64,000 bases of DNA from positions 52,700-116,699 of the IMG/VR virus record IMGVR_UViG_3300018405_000014; one strand, given 5' to 3'. The notes beneath the pieces were generated by a model. The model was not told where the DNA came from. It saw nothing but the letters and a program-made list of their open reading frames with translations, and made no database searches. The DNA is from a virus (Duplodnaviria; Caudoviricetes). Made by a program: the position numbers and the translations under genes. Position 1 is the first letter of the stretch. The number at the start of each line of letters is the position of its first letter. Below, piece by piece: positions 57,656-64,000 of this stretch.

Positions 57656-60556
57656 CTAGGTCCAATTAAGTTTGACGTTATCTGCAGGGTGTCCTGACGA
57701 TGTAGGTATTCCAGATCCGATTGGAGTTGTAGACATCCGCACCGTGTCAATCCGATAAACCTTTTCAACGTCAATGCGCTCGATCTGAGTTGCGTTTGTG
57801 GTCACTGTACCAATCAACATTGTCGAGAATGTCTCTATCTTTTCTGTCAACGTAATAACGTACTGCGGCGCACCATCGATCATTTCTACGTAAACGTAAA
57901 ACTTTTTATTGGTAGGTGTTGGGTGGATGTCTTTTAAATCAATGGTACGGATACCTAAGACATATGGCGATCCCATTATGAATACTGGTGTCGGGTCAGT
58001 AAAGTAAACCGACCACCCCTCAGACACATCCTGAGACGCAAGAACAATTGCTTCTGATTCAGGGGGTCTAACATACGCATCGAATTCTGCTTCGGTCTTA
58101 GCAAACGGGTAGATTATCGACTTAGTGTAAAGGTCACTTGACCATGAGTTTGAAAGGCACTGACAGAAGCCAAACGTCGGATGTACAAAGTAACCAATGT
58201 CCGTTAGTGGGATCGGGTTAAAATTAGAAAACCTAAAACTACTGGCTACAAATTCTTGAGTGGCCTTATTCCATTTAAATCGAACATTTACAAATGTACT
58301 ATTTCCAATTGTAGAGTAGTTATGACACGCTGGCCCACCAATCAATACTGCCGTTGGGGTATCATAGAAACACCACGCACCCGTAGTGAGACAATGGAGT
58401 GCTGCCGCAGGTCCAAAGCCAGTAGAATTTCCACCATATGCAACAGGTGTATATGTTTTCCCTATACCAATGCTGGTAACCACATTACCTGACTTAACAA
58501 GTCCAGTCACTTTAGATAATACACAGTAGTTGGTCCGAGTGGTAGCATTGTGAATATAGGTCCAGAAGAATGGAGGGACTCCACTTGTCTGAGGTACAAC
58601 CAATTGGCCGTATGCTGTCGTCCAAGTTCCGACCGTACCTGCAACAGATACAGCGACATTCCGGGCCGTAGTATTTAAAAGTGTACCGGAGACAGTCATT
58701 GGTGTTCCAGATACAGTCATATCTGAATTTAACTTCTGTCCTCGAGTCTCACTCACCCCGCTCACCGAAGTGAAATGGTAGCCAGACACATTCACCGAGC
58801 CGTTTACAACTTCGACTATCGGATTACTCCATGTATATAAATCGAGTCCCTTAGTGGATATATCTATCCGCTGTCTTGCGGGAGAGTACCCAGTCCGAGT
58901 TGGGTTACCATTGGCGCTCCGATATGTCCAATCGCGTGGACCTCCCTCTAACTTGACATTGACAACCGCCCTTGCCAATAAACCGTCAGATTCACGTCTA
59001 CCGATAGCATGGAGTAATATGTTTTCACTATCAATGCAGATAGCGCCGCCAATACTCGACCCTAGTGGAGTGGGAAAGAGTGGATCATCACTTGCGGTTA
59101 ATATACCTGTATTGTTACTTTGTTTTGAGAATTTTAATGTTTCAAACCGTGAGACAAAATTGGCAACGTTTGTTCTACGTATCGCGGCAGCATCTACCGT
59201 AGAACCGGAGAAAAAGTTAAACCAGACGCCATTCCGCGTCAAGATCTTATTGTCAAAGTAACCATTACCATTTGAATTAAATAGAACGTTATCGATGTCG
59301 CCTAAGAAGAAATCTCCGGAACGAGTAAAGCTTCTACCATCTTCAGATGCAATCAACTTGGCCTGATCGTTCAGACCGGGATCTACCACCGCTGTGCGTC
59401 TTACTGGATCGTAGACAACCGACATTGTGTTTGTAGCACCAGTTGAAGAAAATGAAGTTGCAAAATAACTTCTTGAACTGACTGCGATTCTAACAAGTCC
59501 CGCCTCATTTGCAGCCGCTGCAATGCCCACATTATCGCCGTGCTGTACGTTAACTGCGACTAAGGGACCTGCAACTAAAACCAATGGTTTAGTTGCAGCA
59601 TCCGTACTACTTGCAGCTGAGGCCAATGCAATCTTATTACTGGTAATGGGTCCCGAGTAACTTTGCGTGGTGATCGACGGCACTAATGTCAACTGTGTCA
59701 GAGTCCCGTTTCGGATATCCGACACTAGACATGTTCTAACGTATACCGCAAACTCACTACCTAATCCACTACCCCCTGCAAAGGTAAAGAAGTATACCGT
59801 ACCGTCTATAATGAGGTTGGCTGTTCGAGGGGAAGACCATCCCGATCCAAAACCCTCATTACCTTCGATGATACAACCTTCATGTAACTTCTCATCCATT
59901 GTACCGTTAGTCAGGGTTACAGACCAGCCATAGAACGTACCGTCTACTTCATTCTCCAGACGTGCTACAAATAACTCTTCAGAACTACAAACGATTGCAG
60001 AAAGTCGAACAGTTGAAGGTAAGAACGATGGACGATATTGCTTACCAGTACGTACTGGAGAAGTTAAACTGCCAATTTCAGCTTCGGGAATGTAACAGTA
60101 GAAAACACCACGTCTAGATCCATTAGTTCCGTTGCGCAACGCTACCAAGGTACCGTCTTCCTCCAACACCATCGCATACCCTTTATAGGTAGGGTCTGTA
60201 CTTGCACCTTCAAAACTACCTGTGACGCCTAAAGGAAGATAGTTCTGAAGACCATAGTTTGAGATAGGTAGTATACCTGGCGGTATCATAGTCTTCAGTT
60301 TATTATCAAATTCGGTCTTGGTATATATATCGAGTTGCTCTGTAGTGACATCGTGTGGATCTGTGATCTGTGAAGTATGCGCGGTAACCTTTGAAGTCAG
60401 GACTGCATTAACTTGAGTCTTCGTCTTCCCCTCTAATTTCTCTGCATTGTCTGACTGCAAGGCATTTAATCTTGGCTGTGACGCAAGGTACTTAATCCTA
60501 TTTGAAAGTATAACTAACTTACTACCGAGTTCTGTAAATTTGTCTGAAAGTGACAT
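57656..60556 (-). CDS. Large tail fibre/receptor-binding-like protein
   Basis: HTSQITDPHDVT, long beta-rich centre, C-terminal domain paralogous to the two downstream genes. Confidence 0.7.
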   Translation of the reverse strand: MSLSDKFTELGSKLVILSNRIKYLASQPRLNALQSDNAEKLEGKTKTQVNAVLTSKVTAHTSQITDPHDVTTEQLDIYTKTEFDNKLKTMIPPGILPISNYGLQNYLPLGVTGSFEGASTDPTYKGYAMVLEEDGTLVALRNGTNGSRRGVFYCYIPEAEIGSLTSPVRTGKQYRPSFLPSTVRLSAIVCSSEELFVARLENEVDGTFYGWSVTLTNGTMDEKLHEGCIIEGNEGFGSGWSSPRTANLIIDGTVYFFTFAGGSGLGSEFAVYVRTCLVSDIRNGTLTQLTLVPSITTQSYSGPITSNKIALASAASSTDAATKPLVLVAGPLVAVNVQHGDNVGIAAAANEAGLVRIAVSSRSYFATSFSSTGATNTMSVVYDPVRRTAVVDPGLNDQAKLIASEDGRSFTRSGDFFLGDIDNVLFNSNGNGYFDNKILTRNGVWFNFFSGSTVDAAAIRRTNVANFVSRFETLKFSKQSNNTGILTASDDPLFPTPLGSSIGGAICIDSENILLHAIGRRESDGLLARAVVNVKLEGGPRDWTYRSANGNPTRTGYSPARQRIDISTKGLDLYTWSNPIVEVVNGSVNVSGYHFTSVSGVSETRGQKLNSDMTVSGTPMTVSGTLLNTTARNVAVSVAGTVGTWTTAYGQLVVPQTSGVPPFFWTYIHNATTRTNYCVLSKVTGLVKSGNVVTSIGIGKTYTPVAYGGNSTGFGPAAALHCLTTGAWCFYDTPTAVLIGGPACHNYSTIGNSTFVNVRFKWNKATQEFVASSFRFSNFNPIPLTDIGYFVHPTFGFCQCLSNSWSSDLYTKSIIYPFAKTEAEFDAYVRPPESEAIVLASQDVSEGWSVYFTDPTPVFIMGSPYVLGIRTIDLKDIHPTPTNKKFYVYVEMIDGAPQYVITLTEKIETFSTMLIGTVTTNATQIERIDVEKVYRIDTVRMSTTPIGSGIPTSSGHPADNVKLNWT

Positions 60557-61012
60557 TGTCATTTCCCCAACAGTGAATAAGTTCATCTAGGAATATCTCT
60601 TTACGCTCACTGAGTTCCTCTTCGCAAGCAATGCCCTTACTTTCAAAGAGTGCCCATTCGTGATAGAGATCGAGGGTTTCATCTACTACAAAGAAGATAA
60701 AGTCAAATATTGCTACGTATGTATTCTTTTTCCATCATGTCTCTCCATTGAGGATATTGTCGATATGGGATCGAATACCGGTGAGCAAGGCAGTCATACT
60801 TTCTTTAAGCTGAGTCACAATGACCATAGTTGTGCATCTCTTGAAGGGTTGGGAAGAATCGGTACATATGCATATCCGTTATCTTTGAACGGATATGCGA
60901 CATAGAGGAGTGGGGGATGACACACTCCTCCGCTCAGGATCATCTTGGCCGTGAACGGCTAAAGATAATATCCTCCAGCTTCGCTCTTTATAGTCTTTTT
61001 GAATTTATTCAG

Positions 61013-61104
61013 AGGATTAATTTACAGCAGTCAGCATAAAGACCTACTCCCCATCCTTCATTGGATGGGGAGTAGGTCTAACGGACTTATGCCGGCAGAG
61101 CCAT
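61013..61104. repeat. 92-bp direct repeat, copy 2
   Basis: Identical to 55769-55860. Confidence 0.95.
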
Positions 61105-61593
61105 GGCCTTACCAAGCAGGTAAGCATCCCAGGTCAGACCGCCATCACGAGTGGAGAATGCAATGACGTCACGACCAGCTGCTGAGAACTCAGGTGCTTT
61201 ACCTTCGTTCCAGTAGACGTTCGGCCAGAAGGTGATGGCGTGTGCACCAGCGTTGGTCAGGTACAGTGCCATGGTGTAGACGCGATCGGCTTCAGGCACT
61301 CGCAGGAGGGAGAAGGTAGTCGGTGCAGTGATGGTTTTGTTGAAATGGTTACCCAGCCAGCAATCCAGAGCAGAGTCAGCACCCAGGTCAACCAGACGCT
61401 CGGTGACAGCAACACGCTGCTCGCCAGTTTCAGGAGAACTCATGGCACTGGTGTCTGCGGCAAGCTGAGTACTCAGCTCATCGATCAGGCGCTCGGTTTC
61501 AGCGATGCCGTGAGCATCACCGTCTTCGATGGCGGTTTTTACTTTACCGGTGTAGTTGTTAAGCGACGCTAACAACACTGTTGGATCAGACAT
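61087..61593 (-). CDS. Tail-fibre-associated protein
   Basis: N-terminus like 21098 (LLASLNNY); ITFWPNVYW...GRDVIAFSTRDGG.TW domain. Confidence 0.7.
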   Translation of the reverse strand: MSDPTVLLASLNNYTGKVKTAIEDGDAHGIAETERLIDELSTQLAADTSAMSSPETGEQRVAVTERLVDLGADSALDCWLGNHFNKTITAPTTFSLLRVPEADRVYTMALYLTNAGAHAITFWPNVYWNEGKAPEFSAAGRDVIAFSTRDGGLTWDAYLLGKAMALPA

Positions 61594-61642
61594 ATAGACC
61601 TCGATGTGTTAGAAATGAAGAACCCTGTCTTCATACGATAAC

Positions 61643-62083
61643 TCAGGACTTAGGCAGGAAGGATGATTTACCCCCAACCCGAACCCCGATGTAGAAGATG
61701 CTGGCACGCCAGCGTGCGATACCCTCATCGCGCAATGCACGGTAGAAGACCTCATCAGCCTCATCGCGAGTGAGGTAACGGGCAGTACCGTCAGGACGGA
61801 TGATGGGGTTGCCACTGTAAAGCCAATCGTGCAGCGTCGCGGACTGATCCCCATAATCAGCCAGCAATGCATACACAGGGAAGAGAACGACGTTGCGCAG
61901 GCTTTTAAGGCTTGCGTAGTCGGTCCTGAACCCCTTCTTAACCACAATGGGGCCATAGACCTCATCGTAATACGTGAAGTCATCCAGCATCTCATAGAGA
62001 CGCCGCCCCAGTTGACGAGTGTCAAAGTGGGAGAACTTCCCGATCCCTAGGGTATCGGTGTATTGTGGAAATGTTAGCTGCAC
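61643..62083 (-). CDS. DUF1353-family protein
   Basis: GFRTDYAS, LHDWLY, READEVF-like motif, VRVGG. Confidence 0.75.
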   Translation of the reverse strand: MQLTFPQYTDTLGIGKFSHFDTRQLGRRLYEMLDDFTYYDEVYGPIVVKKGFRTDYASLKSLRNVVLFPVYALLADYGDQSATLHDWLYSGNPIIRPDGTARYLTRDEADEVFYRALRDEGIARWRASIFYIGVRVGGKSSFLPKS

Positions 62084-62092
62084 GGTGACTCC

Positions 62093-64000
62093 TTACGTGA
62101 TGCTATATTCCTGAGTCTTCCAGACGCCGGGTTCTGGACGCATTGCAACCGCCCCTGTTGCTAGGTTAACCAGTGCGCACGTCCAATACGACGGTGTGTT
62201 CGCAGGTGTATTGGTGTTAGAGACCTTGACTGCATAGTATCGACTCTCAGGGATGGTGATGTCCACCGTGCCTTGAGTGGAGATAGTCGCTTTCTGCACC
62301 CCATCCATGAATAGATCGAAGATGTCATCGGCCTGTGCAAATACCCGATAGGTCCCTGCCTCGAAGTACAGGTTAGCGTAGTAATCCAACTTGAAGTTAC
62401 CGGGTACAGATTCCGACCCATACACCGGCGAAAAGAGCAAATGACCAAAATCAATCACTGTCCCTGTAACGGGGTTTAACGGCTGCCAGAACGAATATGG
62501 CCCAGTGGCAGACCATGGACGAGCAGACGCCGTATACGGCCTCGTAGCGGCGTTGGGGAGGACCTGTGCTGCTAGTCCCTTGTCGGCGAAGTAATCGCCG
62601 ATCAATTTCATGTTGATTGGGATGTTGGCTGAATGTTTAAGGCCCAACCAAGGCACTCCTGACGCAATTTCGTCGATCATCCGACCGACCCGCCTGATGT
62701 CCGTCAAGTCAGGCAGATACGCGCGCAGCGTTTTCATGATGTCCGCGTAATACACCTTGTCCGATATCACTGGGGCAAACCGCTTGATCTTGATGGTACT
62801 GGTCATGGTGAAGGGCGTACTGAGTACCACTTTGAACTCATCGTTGTTCTTCACCATCACAGGACCAAGTCCCGCGCCATCCCAGGTCTGAGTCACAGGC
62901 TGACCGGGTACATAAGCCACTGTCCCGACCCGGACCCCATTTTTGTAAACGATACCTGACCCGTTGACATCCATCGTCCCAACAAAGTCGACGTTAATCA
63001 GACTCTGGTTCCTAATGCCCACATCGAGCACCTGACCGTTGTCCCTGACGTTCTGCCCGTCGGTGAAGGAGATCTTGAAGGACACCACGTTATAGGTGAT
63101 CCGGTAGGTCTCAATCTCACCCGAGTTCAGAATGGCGGCCACTTGGATCGTCGTGGTCCCTTTCGGCACGGTAAAGGGCTGGACTTGCGCAGGAGTCACC
63201 GAGGTGAACGATGCCACTTGGACACGAGATTCTGATCCTCCCGCACTGATGCTTTCGGCGTCTGTCATGCCGTTATAAAGCGGGTGGTCTCCATAGGTTG
63301 CCCGCAAGAATCCGACGTTCACAGGCGTCCGGTTGTAGTCACCAGAGAAGTAGGCCCCGAACCTTACGATCAGCTTGTTCGCTGTGGCGAAGAACGATGA
63401 GAGTGTGACGGGGTGCGCTTGAGCGATGTTGTTGATCAGTTGTCCGTGATCGGTGATCACAATCAAGCCGTTACCGTTTTCACGGTAGGTCATCATGGCC
63501 TGCACAGCTGCATCAGTGATCAGAGCTGTCACGGTAGAGACAGATGACATCAGCAGAACACACGCATACTGCTCAAGTTCAGTCAAGGTGGGGTTGAGCG
63601 ATCCACCGTAATCGCTGACGTCCTTGAATGTCGGAGTGAAACCCACTGCTGCACACAAGCGCGTGAAACTTGTGTTAAAGCCCGAGGCAACTGTACTTTT
63701 GACCGCGTAGCTGCCGGTGGCAATAGCATCGCCGAGGATCAGGATCTTTCGATTGCCGGCAGTGACCTTCTTCGGGTTAGCAGTCCAGAGGATTGCGTTG
63801 TACAGGTACTTATACGACGCTGTAAGCTGTGAACGAGGGTCGTAGAGCGTCTTTGACAGGTTGGTGTAACCCGATGCCCCAGTCTCAGCTGACGTGCTCT
63901 CAGGGAGGTCTATGGTGTCTTTAAACAGGACGGCCTTAATGTTACCATTGGCATCCAGAATATAGACGTCACGGAAGCGGGTGTAGTAATCACCTGCCAC
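62093..64000 (-). CDS. Large virion/tail protein, C-terminal part, with PA14-like domain (starts beyond window)
   Basis: Open to the window edge; GTYRVFAQADDIFDLFMDG. Confidence 0.65.
   Translation of the reverse strand: MAGDYYTRFRDVYILDANGNIKAVLFKDTIDLPESTSAETGASGYTNLSKTLYDPRSQLTASYKYLYNAILWTANPKKVTAGNRKILILGDAIATGSYAVKSTVASGFNTSFTRLCAAVGFTPTFKDVSDYGGSLNPTLTELEQYACVLLMSSVSTVTALITDAAVQAMMTYRENGNGLIVITDHGQLINNIAQAHPVTLSSFFATANKLIVRFGAYFSGDYNRTPVNVGFLRATYGDHPLYNGMTDAESISAGGSESRVQVASFTSVTPAQVQPFTVPKGTTTIQVAAILNSGEIETYRITYNVVSFKISFTDGQNVRDNGQVLDVGIRNQSLINVDFVGTMDVNGSGIVYKNGVRVGTVAYVPGQPVTQTWDGAGLGPVMVKNNDEFKVVLSTPFTMTSTIKIKRFAPVISDKVYYADIMKTLRAYLPDLTDIRRVGRMIDEIASGVPWLGLKHSANIPINMKLIGDYFADKGLAAQVLPNAATRPYTASARPWSATGPYSFWQPLNPVTGTVIDFGHLLFSPVYGSESVPGNFKLDYYANLYFEAGTYRVFAQADDIFDLFMDGVQKATISTQGTVDITIPESRYYAVKVSNTNTPANTPSYWTCALVNLATGAVAMRPEPGVWKTQEYSIT

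Noticed and set aside
55769-61104. Integrase/IS element, invertible segment or diversity-generating retroelement
   Set aside because: No recombinase, transposase or reverse transcriptase seen; the repeats are direct and identical, with no adenine-specific mismatches

Overview
This 64-kb window is part of a phiKZ-like (Chimalliviridae-type, nucleus-forming) jumbo phage genome, probably infecting Pseudomonas or a relative. The host call is an inference from the split NrdJa/NrdJb pair, the MSIKSD-type dCTP deaminase and an AlgP-like K/A/P-repeat protein. The left part holds a conserved core block: RuvC, a gp123-like non-virion RNAP subunit, the major capsid protein and DnaB. Nucleotide-metabolism genes include two dCTP deaminases, a class II RNR and DHFR. 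Other genes are an NAD-dependent ligase, an SspB adaptor, a spanin pair, head proteins with S-x-E cleavage motifs, an SF2 helicase with an Ala1 class-3 intein, and a long array of paralogous virion/tail proteins. Four observations stand out. (1) An ORF-free, heavily base-paired ~430-nt element (about 23610-24045) has G-U pairs, promoter and terminator that all point to a minus-strand ncRNA, and a smaller sibling candidate lies at about 43.43-43.61 kb. (2) A 5.15-kb AT-rich tail-fibre cassette is bracketed by a perfect 92-bp direct repeat and has decayed genes at both ends. (3) Seven copies of a strictly spaced bipartite early-promoter motif often precede small membrane proteins. (4) The helicase is fused, through cleavage motifs, to a head-protein domain. 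Family assignments come from recognising motifs by eye; no database searches were run.
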